This document shows, piece after piece, positions 1 to 9,497 of a DNA stretch of 64,000 nucleotides. Below the pieces are notes generated by a model. It was not told where the DNA came from, made no database searches, and saw only the letters and a list, made by a program, of their open reading frames with translations. Source of the DNA: Spirochaetia bacterium. Its GTDB lineage: Bacteria > Spirochaetota > Spirochaetia > DSM-27196 > Salinispiraceae. Position 1 is the stretch's first letter. Each line of letters starts with the position of its first letter. Made by a program: the position numbers and the translations under genes. Location: contig JBBRCZ010000001.1 in assembly GCA_038204425.1 (NCBI GenBank), forward strand, positions 256,001 through 320,000, written 5' to 3'.

Positions 1-468
1 AAAGGCGCCAATTATTTCATGGGCCAGATACAAGGTAACAATCGCTATAAAAGTGAGCGGTATCTCGCCAGAACGTATGTTGGTAAAACTGGTGAGTAAT
101 ATGAACATAAACACTATACCACTGGCACCCAAGAGCCCGGTTGAAAACAGAAGAAGATTAAAGATAGCAGTAACAAAAGCTGTAATCAGGATCATCCACA
201 AGACCGTAAGGCTACCGTATTTCTCTTCAAGTATTGGTCCCAGTAGCAACAAAAAGGCGAGGTTAGAAAAAAGATGCTCCCAAGAGGCGTGACCAAGAAC
301 GTGTCCAAACAAGCGCAGCCAGGCAAAGATATCCGTCCATACCATTGGACCATAAACCGAAAATAATAGCCTAGTACTGGCTCCTGCTGTCAAAAAAGCG
401 ATTAAAAGTATGGCAAAAGAAGCTAGAGAAAAGCTTAGGCTAACTGGCGCGTTGTACTTGATCGTCAT
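1..468 (-). CDS. Rhomboid family intramembrane serine protease (3' end runs off the window)
   Basis: Not in the ORF track. Manual translation from ATG 468 gives MTIKYNAPVSLSFSL...GHASWEHLFSN...LEEKYG...LLGASGIVF, with the HxxxN and GASG rhomboid motifs. ATGA overlap with the xth stop. Confidence 0.88.
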   Translation of the reverse strand, partial: MTIKYNAPVSLSFSLASFAILLIAFLTAGASTRLLFSVYGPMVWTDIFAWLRLFGHVLGHASWEHLFSNLAFLLLLGPILEEKYGSLTVLWMILITAFVTAIFNLLLFSTGLLGASGIVFMFILLTSFTNIRSGEIPLTFIAIVTLYLAHEIIGAF

Positions 469-1232
469 GGCAACTCCAAAATAATACTTACAGGGCAGTG
501 ATCAGAACCCATTTGCTCAGGCATTATCGCTGCGTTTTTTATCAAACCTGCGCTGGCCGTATCACAGCAAAAGTAGTCGATACGCCAACCGACGTTGCGT
601 TCGCGCGCTCGAGTTCGATAGCTCCACCAGCTGTATTGCTTGGCCGACTTGTTAAACATTCTAAAACAATCAACATATCCTTGTGTTAGAAACTCATCCA
701 TCCATGCACGTTCTTCGGGCAAAAAGCCAGGATTGCCAACGTTGGCTGCTGGATTCTCAAGGTCGATAGCTTTGTGTGCAATATTGTAGTCGCCACAAAT
801 TACCACGTGTTTTCCTTGCGCTACTAAGCCGTCGCAAATGAGCTTAAGTGCTTTGCAAAAGGCGAGCTTATAGGCCAGTCGAGCGCCGGCATCCTGACTG
901 TTTGGAAAGTAGCAATTGAACAAGACTAGCTGGCCAAATTCAAGTCTAAGCACTCGACCCTCGTTGTCAAAGTCATCCAGCCCCATTAACTCCATTTTAT
1001 CAGCTTTTAACTTTGAATAGACGGCGACACCACTGTAGCCTTTCTTTTGTGCTGACGCCCAATAGTCGTGGTAACCCTCAGGTTTAAAGACAGAATCGTC
1101 TAACTGGTCTTGTTGGGCCTTGGTCTCTTGAATACACACTATGTCAGCATCTGATTCCTTTAGCCATGCATAGAAACCTTTGCCCGCTATCGATCTAATT
1201 CCGTTAACATTCCATGAAATAAGGTGCAACAT
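465..1232 (-). CDS. xth: Exodeoxyribonuclease III / AP endonuclease
   Basis: SWNVNG, QETK, GDYNIAH, GWRIDY and GSDHCP motifs. Confidence 0.96.
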   Translation of the reverse strand: MLHLISWNVNGIRSIAGKGFYAWLKESDADIVCIQETKAQQDQLDDSVFKPEGYHDYWASAQKKGYSGVAVYSKLKADKMELMGLDDFDNEGRVLRLEFGQLVLFNCYFPNSQDAGARLAYKLAFCKALKLICDGLVAQGKHVVICGDYNIAHKAIDLENPAANVGNPGFLPEERAWMDEFLTQGYVDCFRMFNKSAKQYSWWSYRTRARERNVGWRIDYFCCDTASAGLIKNAAIMPEQMGSDHCPVSIILELP

Positions 1233-1241
1233 AGCCGCATA

Positions 1242-3254
1242 TTATGGTAAGAGCGCATTGTTTTCAAGTAAAATCAATTGCTCTAAAGCTGCAACACAGT
1301 CTTCCCAGTTATTGTTGAGTGTGCCTTCCTTCATTTCTAAGTCTGACAACAATGCTTGACGCTTTTTTACTTCCAGTCCGTTGCTGTAGACAGATTCTAG
1401 CCCCATTTCCTCGTTAATGACTTTCCGATCTAACGAAAGGGTATCAATAGCGGCCAATATTTCTTCTTCTCTTTTTTGTAATTTCTTAATTTCAGACTTA
1501 CGGCGCTTGTCTTCCTCTCTACGCGTTTTTTGATCGCTATCACTCTTTAGGCGCAATTTCTCTGGCTTTAAATGATTGTCCAGTAATCCATGAATCAAGG
1601 CTTCTGATTTTTCCACACTTTTTGAGCTGGGCCCCGCCAAACTGTTTTTCCACAAAAAATAGTCCCAATCTCCATCATAAACAGTGTGACGAGAAGCTTC
1701 CCCATCAGGACCGGGCTTGATTTCAACGATTCGAGTAGCTAGTTCTTCTATAAAATCCTGATCATGGCTAACAAAGACTATTGCACCGTCAAAGCTTTTG
1801 AGAGCATCAAGGAGAACACGTTTTGAACTCATATCAAGGTGATTGCTTGGTTCGTCCAAGAGAAGCAGGTTAGCTGACTGCATAAGCACTTTAAACAGCG
1901 CTAGGCGGCTACGTTCGCCCCCAGACAACACCGTCAATGGCTTTTCGATATCGTCTCCACTAAAAAGGAACGAACCCAGCAAGGTTCTGATTGTTTGTTC
2001 ACTCAGAGCAGGAAAGTCACTCGCCACTTTTTGGATTACCGTCAGATCTTCGATGGTAACTTCATTATCCTGCATAAAATACGCTTGGCGAACACCATTA
2101 CCGATGGCGATTGAACCTGAGTCTGGCTTGTCAACTAGTGCGCACAATCGCATCAGAGTTGATTTTCCCGCACCGTTTTTGCCAATTACTGCAACCCTGT
2201 CACCGCGTTGCAAATCAAGAGAAAAACCCCTCAAAACCTGGTGAGATCCATAGCTGCGGCTTAGGTCACTTAAACTTAGCATGTTTTGCGAACAAGGCGG
2301 TGCAGACGAACACCTAAACTCGGCAGTCTTGATTCCATCAGGAATTTCGATTATTTCGATTCTTTCTAGTTCTTTAAGCCGACTCTGAGCCTGACTTGCT
2401 TTGCTTGCTTTATAACGGAAGCGCTCAACAAATTTCTCAAGGTGTGCAATTTGGTCTTGTTGCTTACTCCAGGCAGCCAGTACCTGCTCAAGTTCCAGAC
2501 GGCGTTTAAGTTGATACTGGTCATAGTTGCCCGGATAATTACGTAGCTTGCCTTGATAAAGTTCAACAATGTTGTCTACAACAGCATTCAGAAAGCTTCG
2601 GTCGTGACTTACCAAAGCCACAGCACCAGCAAAGCGTTTTAAAAAGTCGCGCAACCACCAACGCGCAGGCAAGTCAAGATAGTTGGTTGGTTCGTCCAGC
2701 AATAGTACATCGGGATTCTTTAGAAGCACTTTAGCTAGCGCAATTCGCATTTGCCAGCCGCCAGAAAACTCACTACACGACCTAAAAAAATCGCTCTCAA
2801 TAAAACCAAGCCCACTTGCAACCTCGTGAATTCGTGCTTGTCGTTGGTTAAAACCTGAGAACTCAAGCATTTCTTCTAGGTCCTGCAGTTCTTCAAGAAT
2901 TTTGTCCAGATGCGCTTGTTCTCCAGAGCCTAACTCTTGATTAATACTATCGATTCTGGCCATAGCTTTGTGACCTTCATCAAAAGCGGTTTCTAGCTCT
3001 TGTTCGAGTGTATGACCAACAAAAACTATGCCACTTTGTGGCAAATATGCTAAGCGCAAGCCTTTTTTCTTGCTCAAGGTGCCAGAATCAGGCTTTCTTT
3101 CTTCAGAAAGAATCGTAAACAAGGTTGATTTTCCACAGCCGTTAGCACCAACTAATGCATAACGGCGACCGGCTGAGAGTACCAAGCCGGTATTGTCGAG
3201 AATTTTCCGGTCTCCAAATTCAAGTGAAACGTTAATTGCTTGTAACAATGACAC
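1242..3254 (-). CDS. ABC-F family ATP-binding protein (two ABC domains, C-terminal coiled coil)
   Basis: Two Walker A motifs (GANGCGKS, GKNGAGKS), signatures FSGGW and LSGGE, LDEPTNYLD and LDEPSNHLD; no transmembrane segments. Confidence 0.93.
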   Translation of the reverse strand: MSLLQAINVSLEFGDRKILDNTGLVLSAGRRYALVGANGCGKSTLFTILSEERKPDSGTLSKKKGLRLAYLPQSGIVFVGHTLEQELETAFDEGHKAMARIDSINQELGSGEQAHLDKILEELQDLEEMLEFSGFNQRQARIHEVASGLGFIESDFFRSCSEFSGGWQMRIALAKVLLKNPDVLLLDEPTNYLDLPARWWLRDFLKRFAGAVALVSHDRSFLNAVVDNIVELYQGKLRNYPGNYDQYQLKRRLELEQVLAAWSKQQDQIAHLEKFVERFRYKASKASQAQSRLKELERIEIIEIPDGIKTAEFRCSSAPPCSQNMLSLSDLSRSYGSHQVLRGFSLDLQRGDRVAVIGKNGAGKSTLMRLCALVDKPDSGSIAIGNGVRQAYFMQDNEVTIEDLTVIQKVASDFPALSEQTIRTLLGSFLFSGDDIEKPLTVLSGGERSRLALFKVLMQSANLLLLDEPSNHLDMSSKRVLLDALKSFDGAIVFVSHDQDFIEELATRIVEIKPGPDGEASRHTVYDGDWDYFLWKNSLAGPSSKSVEKSEALIHGLLDNHLKPEKLRLKSDSDQKTRREEDKRRKSEIKKLQKREEEILAAIDTLSLDRKVINEEMGLESVYSNGLEVKKRQALLSDLEMKEGTLNNNWEDCVAALEQLILLENNALLP

Positions 3255-3261
3255 AAATAGC

Positions 3262-4566
3262 TCAGTAGTTAAAAAAGATAATCAAGGCATCGGTGCTTGT
3301 TCTTGTTACTATTTGGTCTTTAATGTTTGCTCTTGAAACAGGTTCGAGTCTAACACCATTTCCATGTATCTGAAACAAAAAATTAACTTCTTCTATGCCA
3401 CCCGCGTAGTTAAAGTTAAAACTTAAGACACCTTGATAGAGAGCTTTTATTTCGTCGCCCAAATAGTACTTGATGCGTGCGCTACCTGTTCCGTCTGCCG
3501 AAGAAGGTATCAAACTTGGAGCAAGAACTTCAAAGCCTTGCCAAACAAACGAACCGTTGGCCTTTAATGCCAAGCTACCGTAGGCTTGGCTGGTCAGAAG
3601 ACCGTTTCCCCTTAGGCGAGCAATTAACTGTTCTCGTCGTAGGCGTTCCTTCTCGTAGATTTCTTTTATGTTTGCTGTAAAGTTGGTGAACTTCATAACT
3701 CTAAGAGTTTTTTCCTTGCTGCGAAACCATTCGATAATGATTTCATCAGCTGAGTTAACGGTTATCTGTACGCCAGTATTCGCAATAAAAAAACTTCTTC
3801 TACCGCGAGAATCAAATCGGTTATACTTAATGTCAACGTTTTCATCCGAAAGTCTTAAACGAAAACGTTTATTTTCCTGATCAAAAAAAGCACCATATTC
3901 GGGGTTAAATTCGTCGAAATCAAACTTGTCGTCTTTAATCATGCCCAAGTATGAATCAGGTCGCCAGTTGCCAGCAAACAAGTCCAGCAATGGGTCTTGG
4001 CTCACTTTAGCGATCCCACCATTGGCTTCGCCGCTTACTTCCAGCTCATAATCAAAAACCCAGCCTTTGGTTCCACCATCTGCAAGAACCTCGTACCAGT
4101 ATCCAAACAAGTCGGCTTCGCTAGATGGTAGGACTGCACGGCTAACAACTTTGACTTTTTCGTCGGTCCTTAAGCGATATACCATAGGACTATCGCGTTG
4201 GGCGGCCTGCCTAATTGGCAAGGCCTGACGATTAGATCTTGCCCATGCGGACCAAAGTGCCTTGCGATCATTCGTAAAAGTCTGGGCTTCTTTGAGGCTT
4301 GCAAAGACTTGAACCCTCCAGAAAGGCATATTCATAATTACCGTTTCAGACTGATTTAAATCAGAAACTTTGTGGACTTGAAACTCTTTCCTAACATCTG
4401 ACTTGCCCAGTATGCCAAAAATAGATCCATTTTCTAGTGTAACTTCATCCTCTGACCAGAGTAGAACTGCGAAGGAGCGATATTCCTGTGCACAGCTAAG
4501 AATCAACGTAAGTAAAAGCACTAGCAGAAAGGCACGTGAAATTTTAGTTTTTTGAAAAATGAACAT
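3262..4566 (-). CDS. Putative lipoprotein with bacterial SH3-like domain
   Basis: Lipobox-like LILSC after a hydrophobic stretch; LPIR...VYRLR...WYEV...GTKGWVF resembles SH3b. Confidence 0.65.
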   Translation of the reverse strand: MFIFQKTKISRAFLLVLLLTLILSCAQEYRSFAVLLWSEDEVTLENGSIFGILGKSDVRKEFQVHKVSDLNQSETVIMNMPFWRVQVFASLKEAQTFTNDRKALWSAWARSNRQALPIRQAAQRDSPMVYRLRTDEKVKVVSRAVLPSSEADLFGYWYEVLADGGTKGWVFDYELEVSGEANGGIAKVSQDPLLDLFAGNWRPDSYLGMIKDDKFDFDEFNPEYGAFFDQENKRFRLRLSDENVDIKYNRFDSRGRRSFFIANTGVQITVNSADEIIIEWFRSKEKTLRVMKFTNFTANIKEIYEKERLRREQLIARLRGNGLLTSQAYGSLALKANGSFVWQGFEVLAPSLIPSSADGTGSARIKYYLGDEIKALYQGVLSFNFNYAGGIEEVNFLFQIHGNGVRLEPVSRANIKDQIVTRTSTDALIIFFNY

Positions 4567-4572
4567 GCAGCA

Positions 4573-4601
4573 AGGATAGCAAAGCTCAGTCTATTCTGCA
4601 A
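4573..4601 (-). promoter_or_regulatory. Sigma70-type promoter; probable leaderless mRNA
   Basis: TTGCAG-N17-(TGc)TATCCT, then 6 nt to ATG 4566; no SD. Confidence 0.6.
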
Positions 4602-4603
4602 CG

Positions 4604-5512
4604 CTATTGCCAGTTTTTTGTTAGAGCGTCCTTGGAAAGCACTATAATAACTCGCCCTTCACGCAAAGCCTTGCGACTCGTCTCGCTATAGAGAAGCAAA
4701 TCAGCATCAGCTTCGGAAATTACAGGATCAACAGCTATCTTACCAAAAACAGCGTTGGCGCTGATAATGTAAGGGTTAGCCCCAATACGGTCTTCGTTTT
4801 TTTGCGCATCATATATGCTTTGGGCATATCCAGAGCTGCCCCATTTTTTTGCAAAGTTTGCTTCTATGTATTCAATGTTGAGTACAAGTCGACTCCGTTG
4901 ATCATATATTTTTGGAAAGAGTGCAGCCTGCGCCATGGTAGTTCCGTCTATGCCAAACCAAGGTAAGGCCTCGGCCATGTAAATAATTAAACCAGTGTAC
5001 TCGGCCTTAGGCTGCCAAGCGTAAACGCGAGCAAGTGGAATGGTTTGATTATGTTGCAAAAACAGCGACGCGAGTTCAGGAAAGACGGGGACGGATGCCA
5101 CAAGCGTACTGCCGGCTAGGTTCCGGTCCGGCGCATGGACTAAGCTTGCTTGGCTGCGCGCAAGATCTTGGAGTTGATTGGTCAATTCTGGATAGGTATC
5201 AAAAAGGTCAGATATGACTGTTTTGGAGTCAATAACTAGTCGTTTAATGCTATCAGGAAAGTTTGCTACAAAATGTTCTTCAAGCGCTGGCTGAGATTTG
5301 CTGACCGCACTTAGCCGGTTAAGAGGCTCACTGCGAACGATTGATTGACTCAGTTCGATGTGAAACGATGTAGTGGGCCACGTAAAATAATGCCGGGTCA
5401 TGCTAATTTGCTTGTTTTGAGCATTCAGGTTGCTTGCAAGTATTAGGATGAATACAAAATATAAGCCAGTTCGGAGAGAAATACTTGTCTGGAAATGTGC
5501 ACGAGTCTTCAT
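4604..5512 (-). CDS. Exported hypothetical protein (spirochaete-type; possibly motility/envelope associated)
   Basis: 302-aa ORF with an N-terminal signal/TM segment; C-terminal YTGLII...FPKIYD...RIGANP...RVIIV block; sigma28-like promoter upstream. Confidence 0.6.
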   Translation of the reverse strand: MKTRAHFQTSISLRTGLYFVFILILASNLNAQNKQISMTRHYFTWPTTSFHIELSQSIVRSEPLNRLSAVSKSQPALEEHFVANFPDSIKRLVIDSKTVISDLFDTYPELTNQLQDLARSQASLVHAPDRNLAGSTLVASVPVFPELASLFLQHNQTIPLARVYAWQPKAEYTGLIIYMAEALPWFGIDGTTMAQAALFPKIYDQRSRLVLNIEYIEANFAKKWGSSGYAQSIYDAQKNEDRIGANPYIISANAVFGKIAVDPVISEADADLLLYSETSRKALREGRVIIVLSKDALTKNWQ

Positions 5513-5519
5513 ATCTATA

Positions 5520-5546
5520 AGATCGGCAGAAAATCAAATACTTTGA
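5520..5546 (-). promoter_or_regulatory. Sigma28 (FliA)-type promoter
   Basis: TCAA-N15-GCCGATCT versus the consensus TAAA-N15-GCCGATAA, 7 nt before ATG 5512; overlaps a 9-bp inverted repeat at 5530-5550. Confidence 0.65.
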
Positions 5547-5552
5547 TTTTGC

Positions 5553-6506
5553 TCAATTGCTTTTCTTCAATTTACTTAACAAATGATCTAAAACTTGTCT
5601 TTGCGCATAGATTGGATGTCTAAGTGTTTGATTTGCAATGTTTTTTTCATTGCGCCAAGATTGGTTTACGAGTCTCAGACTTCCGGGAAAAAGTGCAAAC
5701 TGCTGCTCCAGTTTTGACAATGTGGGGACTTCGTCAAGAATCAGTGCATCCCAGAAAACAGCAGGTTTCCAATCAACTTGCATTCCCAAACGGCCGGCCT
5801 GCTCACCAATCCACATAAAAGCAAGTATTTTAGGAACATACTGTTGAGTTTCTCTTCTAATCTGGCCTGCGTTCTTCAGACCAAGGAAGCTTTTTTCTTT
5901 GACCTGAGCTAGTCCTCGTTGAATCGCACCGAGACCAGCATTGTATGCGGCAAGTGCAAGTTGCCAGTCACGAAGAACTGAGTAGTTTTGGCTTAGTTTT
6001 CGTAAGCCGGAGTCAGTAGCTTTTACAAAATCAAAGCGTTCGTCATACCACGGTTCGATGGTAAAGTATCCTAGGCTGGAGTTGGGCATAAACTGCCAGA
6101 TCCCTCCAGCCCCCGAGCGACTTACCGCATTAACAACAAACTCTGATTCTACAAACGGCACATAGTAGACCACTTTGGGCATGCGATATAGTGCCATTCG
6201 AGCTTGAATTAAATATCGAAACGGATGAGCCGTGTTAAACACCGATTGTAGCCAATCTTTACGCGTTGTTTTGAGCAGTTGATCAACAAGAGCCATGCTT
6301 TGTTCATCTAACTTGGGAAGATTCTCATCTAAGGGAGACATTAGTGATGGAAACTGCGCGGGCAATTGCCCACTTTGAGATTTGCTTGTATCAGGCGAAG
6401 CCCAGGGCTCGCTTGCCTGGCTCGCTATCATCTGAGCACCGATCGTGCCGATAGATGAAAGCAGAAAGCCTATTGCAATGAGTCGCCGAAAAATATTCCA
6501 GCCCAT
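5553..6506 (-). CDS. Lytic murein transglycosylase (MltD-like SLT domain)
   Basis: Signal peptide; VES catalytic Glu, GAGGIWQFMP, DERFD, ALAAYNAG, ETQQYVPK. No clear LysM repeats. Confidence 0.88.
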   Translation of the reverse strand: MGWNIFRRLIAIGFLLSSIGTIGAQMIASQASEPWASPDTSKSQSGQLPAQFPSLMSPLDENLPKLDEQSMALVDQLLKTTRKDWLQSVFNTAHPFRYLIQARMALYRMPKVVYYVPFVESEFVVNAVSRSGAGGIWQFMPNSSLGYFTIEPWYDERFDFVKATDSGLRKLSQNYSVLRDWQLALAAYNAGLGAIQRGLAQVKEKSFLGLKNAGQIRRETQQYVPKILAFMWIGEQAGRLGMQVDWKPAVFWDALILDEVPTLSKLEQQFALFPGSLRLVNQSWRNEKNIANQTLRHPIYAQRQVLDHLLSKLKKSN

Positions 6507-7507
6507 TCCCAGTTTCCATTAATTTCTGGATCGGCAGGAAAATTGATCTTCCTGAAGTAGAGAAACCATGTTGGAATAAAGGCATTCCAACCCCACGTCT
6601 TCAAATAAGCCTCTTGCGAATTTGAGTTTGCGTCAAGTCCATTGGCAAAGTAGAGCTGTGAACTATTTTCTATAAAACGTTTAAGATCGTAACTCACTTG
6701 GCTATTAAAATCTGCCTTTTCTTGTAACCAACTCATAGAAAAGAAATTGACTTTGGCTTGTAGTTCCAATATTCGAATGGTGTCTTTCTGCGAAAGTGCG
6801 CTGCGCACTTCGCTTACTAATCGATCGAGAGAAGTTCTTGTCCACTCAGGGTTTGATTGCGATACCGACAAAAGCTCTCTAACTCTTTGTTCTTCATTTA
6901 CCTTGCCTGGAATTTGCGTGCCTGGAAAAGCTAAGTAATGTCGATAGGCCGCAAAGGATTCTTGATAGTCACCATTTTCCTCATAGGCTTTAGCCAGTTG
7001 ATAGTTGATCAATCCATGATCAATCTTTTTTGGAAATCTGCTTAAAAGTAGATTTAAAAGCTCAATTCTGAGGCTGGGGTCGATGCTAAAGTTTAGAACC
7101 TTTTGAATCGATTTAAATTGCACTGACTTGCCCTTAATTTCTACGTCCAAGGGTGCCTTAATGGCCCACTCGTAGTAGAAGCTCGCCAATTCTTCTTGAC
7201 CGGATTGGCTCTTCATACTGGCTACCAGATAGCGGTAGTAAGATTCAAAAGGGTCGTTTGGGTGACTTGCTAAGTAACGAGTTAAGTATGGTGTTATTTG
7301 CTCAACCAAATTTCGAGAAGACAAACTTTCAATAGCCTGCTCGATTATGACTGTTTTTTCTTGATAGGAACCAGAACCTTCTATGATGGAAAAAAGGGAA
7401 TCAAGATTTTGAGTACTCTGTATGTCGATATTTCCTTCCAATAGAGTACCATATCCACTACAAGCATGCAGAAATAAGAAGATAGCTAAAGTCCATAAAA
7501 TTCTCAT
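6470..7507 (-). CDS. TPR-containing lipoprotein
   Basis: Start moved to ATG 7507 (promoter directly upstream). Lipobox LHAC; TPR-like YQLAKAYEENGDYQES; Trp-rich C-terminus. Confidence 0.7.
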   Translation of the reverse strand: MRILWTLAIFLFLHACSGYGTLLEGNIDIQSTQNLDSLFSIIEGSGSYQEKTVIIEQAIESLSSRNLVEQITPYLTRYLASHPNDPFESYYRYLVASMKSQSGQEELASFYYEWAIKAPLDVEIKGKSVQFKSIQKVLNFSIDPSLRIELLNLLLSRFPKKIDHGLINYQLAKAYEENGDYQESFAAYRHYLAFPGTQIPGKVNEEQRVRELLSVSQSNPEWTRTSLDRLVSEVRSALSQKDTIRILELQAKVNFFSMSWLQEKADFNSQVSYDLKRFIENSSQLYFANGLDANSNSQEAYLKTWGWNAFIPTWFLYFRKINFPADPEINGNWEWAGIFFGDSLQ

Positions 7508-7515
7508 CGCAAGCA

Positions 7516-7544
7516 ATAGTAGTCAGAAAAGCTAATCTACTCAA
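7516..7544 (-). promoter_or_regulatory. Sigma70-type promoter (short or no leader)
   Basis: TTGAGT-N17-TACTAT, then 8 nt to ATG 7507. Confidence 0.55.
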
Positions 7545-7554
7545 GCTTTTGCTT

Positions 7555-7583
7555 TTGCTTTTTTTTTCATTTGAGTTTATGTT
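7555..7583 (+). promoter_or_regulatory. Sigma70-type promoter of ferritin
   Basis: TTGCTT-N17-TATGTT, followed by an AAGGAG SD. Confidence 0.5.
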
Positions 7584-7612
7584 TAGTCAAAGTACAGCAA
7601 GGAGCTAACCTT

Positions 7613-8110
7613 ATGAAGATTTCGGCAGACGCACAAGCGTCAATCAATAGTCAAATTAAAGAAGAGTTTGAATCGGCGTTTATCTATTTGTCCATGGAAG
7701 CATGGTTTTCGGCGAAAGACCTAGGCGGTTTTGCGTCATGGATGAGAGTACAGTATCGGGAGGAGACCGAGCATGCATTCAAGATGCTTGACTATTTGGT
7801 GCAGCGAGACGGAAGTGCCGAGATTCCAGCTATCGCAAAGGCGCAAGGCGTATGGAAGAGTCCTTTAGAGATTTTTGAAGCCGCGTACAAACATGAGCAG
7901 TACATCACAACAAAGATTTACGCCATTGTCGAAGCAGCGCGCAAAACAGGCGATTTGGCGACCGAGAATTTTTATCGTTGGTTCGTGAGTGAACAAGTAG
8001 AAGAGGAAGCCTCCGCTCTAAGCATTGTGAAACAACTTAAAATCGCCAACGATAATCCAGCTATAATTCTCATGATAGATAGACAATTAGCTGCTCGAGC
8101 AAGAGCTTAG
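7613..8110 (+). CDS. ftnA: Non-heme ferritin
   Basis: EFESAFIYLSM, EETEHA, HEQYIT and FVSEQVEEE ferroxidase motifs; SD AAGGAG before ATG 7613. Confidence 0.93.
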   Translation: MKISADAQASINSQIKEEFESAFIYLSMEAWFSAKDLGGFASWMRVQYREETEHAFKMLDYLVQRDGSAEIPAIAKAQGVWKSPLEIFEAAYKHEQYITTKIYAIVEAARKTGDLATENFYRWFVSEQVEEEASALSIVKQLKIANDNPAIILMIDRQLAARARA

Positions 8111-8112
8111 AA

Positions 8113-8144
8113 AGCTTGACTTTTACGTCAAGCTCACCCATGAT
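8113..8144 (+). promoter_or_regulatory. Rubredoxin promoter with overlapping 8-bp inverted repeat
   Basis: TTGACT-N17-CATGAT; AGCTTGAC-N6-GTCAAGCT at 8113-8134. Confidence 0.5.
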
Positions 8145-8194
8145 GTGAACTGATGAAGTATATAACTTCGTAAATACGAACAAGGAGCATAAGG

Positions 8195-8356
8195 ATGAAG
8201 AAGTACGTATGCCAGGTTTGTGGCTATATTTATGATCCCGCTGAAGGCGATCCAGACAATGGTGTAGCCCCTGGTACAAGCTTTGAAAACATTCCCGAAG
8301 ACTGGGTATGTCCAATGTGTGGAGCTGATAAAACTGACTTTGTTCTCGAAGACTGA
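8195..8356 (+). CDS. Rubredoxin (53 aa)
   Basis: Below the ORF-track cut-off. [53 protein letters not shown] with two CxxCG motifs; SD AAGGAG. Confidence 0.97.
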   Translation: MKKYVCQVCGYIYDPAEGDPDNGVAPGTSFENIPEDWVCPMCGADKTDFVLED

Positions 8357-8370
8357 ACAAACTGTTTAAA

Positions 8371-8421
8371 AAAACGAAAGAGCCTGTCCCAGAATAAAAA
8401 TCTGAGACAGGCTCTTTTTTT
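8371..8421. terminator. Bidirectional intrinsic terminator between rubredoxin and aroC
   Basis: Stem AAAGAGCCTGTC...GACAGGCTCTTT with a T-tract on the + side and an A-tract upstream. Confidence 0.85.
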
Positions 8422-8441
8422 CGTGGTTCGCTTCGCTTATT

Positions 8442-9497
8442 CTATGCTAGCAATGCTGCTTGGCGTTTGTAGGCGTCCTCTAGTACTAAACACACCATAG
8501 CCTCCACGACAGGAATAATACGTGGACAAATACAAGTGTCATGTCTACCTTCTGTTTTGATTTCTGTTTCTTGGCCTTGGATAGTCACGGTTCTTTGAGT
8601 TGAGGATATGGATGAAACAGGTTTTACTACGATTCTAAAAATCAGCTCGGCTCCAGTTGAAATTCCACCAATAATTCCACCAGCGTGATTGCTTATGAAG
8701 CCATTCTTGTCCATCCAGTCATTGTGTTCACTTCCCAGCATGTCTGCCGCTGCAAAGCCAGTTCCAAACTCTATGCCTTTTACCGCACCAATTGAAAGCA
8801 TCGCATGCGCAAGTTCAGCATCAAGTTTGTCAAACACTGGTTCGCCGAGTCCCGCTTGGAGGCCATTTACTCTGCACTCAATAATGCCGCCAGCACTATC
8901 TTGGTTATCTTTTATTGTCGTTAAGCGCTTTACCATTTCATCAGCAGCTACAAGATCGCAGGCTCTTAGTAGATTTTTTTCGATAACCGAGGGGTCGTAC
9001 GTTTGGCACTCCACGCCGGCCACTCGCTTTGAATATGCTATCACCGATACACCGCGTTGCGAGAGCAGTTTGCGGGCTATGGTGCCTGCTGCTACTCTTG
9101 CCGCGGTTTCTCGGCCCGATGCTCGGCCAGACCCACGATAGTCACGTAATCCGTATTTTTTTAAGTAGGTAAAGTCTGCGTGGCCAGGACGAAATTTGTT
9201 TTTAATATCATCATATGCAGAAGGTTGGGCGTCCTGATTGTACAAGATCAAAAGCATGGGTGTACCGGTTGCCTTTCCCTCAAAATGCCCTGAAAGAATA
9301 TGAATTCTGTCTGGTTCTTGACGTGGGGTAGTGATAAAATTTTGGCCTGGTTTTCTTCTATCTAACTGGATTTGAATTTCTTCTTCACTAATCTCAAGGC
9401 CTGGAGTAACACCATCAACAACTACTCCAACTGCGCCACCGTGGGATTCGCCAAAAGTACTAATCTTAAAAACGTGTCCAAAACTACTTCCTGCCAT
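8442..9497 (-). CDS. aroC: Chorismate synthase
   Basis: GESHG, RPGHAD, RASGRETAARVAAG and GRHD motifs. Confidence 0.97.
   Translation of the reverse strand: MAGSSFGHVFKISTFGESHGGAVGVVVDGVTPGLEISEEEIQIQLDRRKPGQNFITTPRQEPDRIHILSGHFEGKATGTPMLLILYNQDAQPSAYDDIKNKFRPGHADFTYLKKYGLRDYRGSGRASGRETAARVAAGTIARKLLSQRGVSVIAYSKRVAGVECQTYDPSVIEKNLLRACDLVAADEMVKRLTTIKDNQDSAGGIIECRVNGLQAGLGEPVFDKLDAELAHAMLSIGAVKGIEFGTGFAAADMLGSEHNDWMDKNGFISNHAGGIIGGISTGAELIFRIVVKPVSSISSTQRTVTIQGQETEIKTEGRHDTCICPRIIPVVEAMVCLVLEDAYKRQAALLA

Noticed and set aside
53..292. 79-aa plus-strand ORF
   Set aside because: It is antisense to the rhomboid gene.
8070..8360. 96-aa minus-strand ORF
   Set aside because: It is antisense to the real rubredoxin gene.
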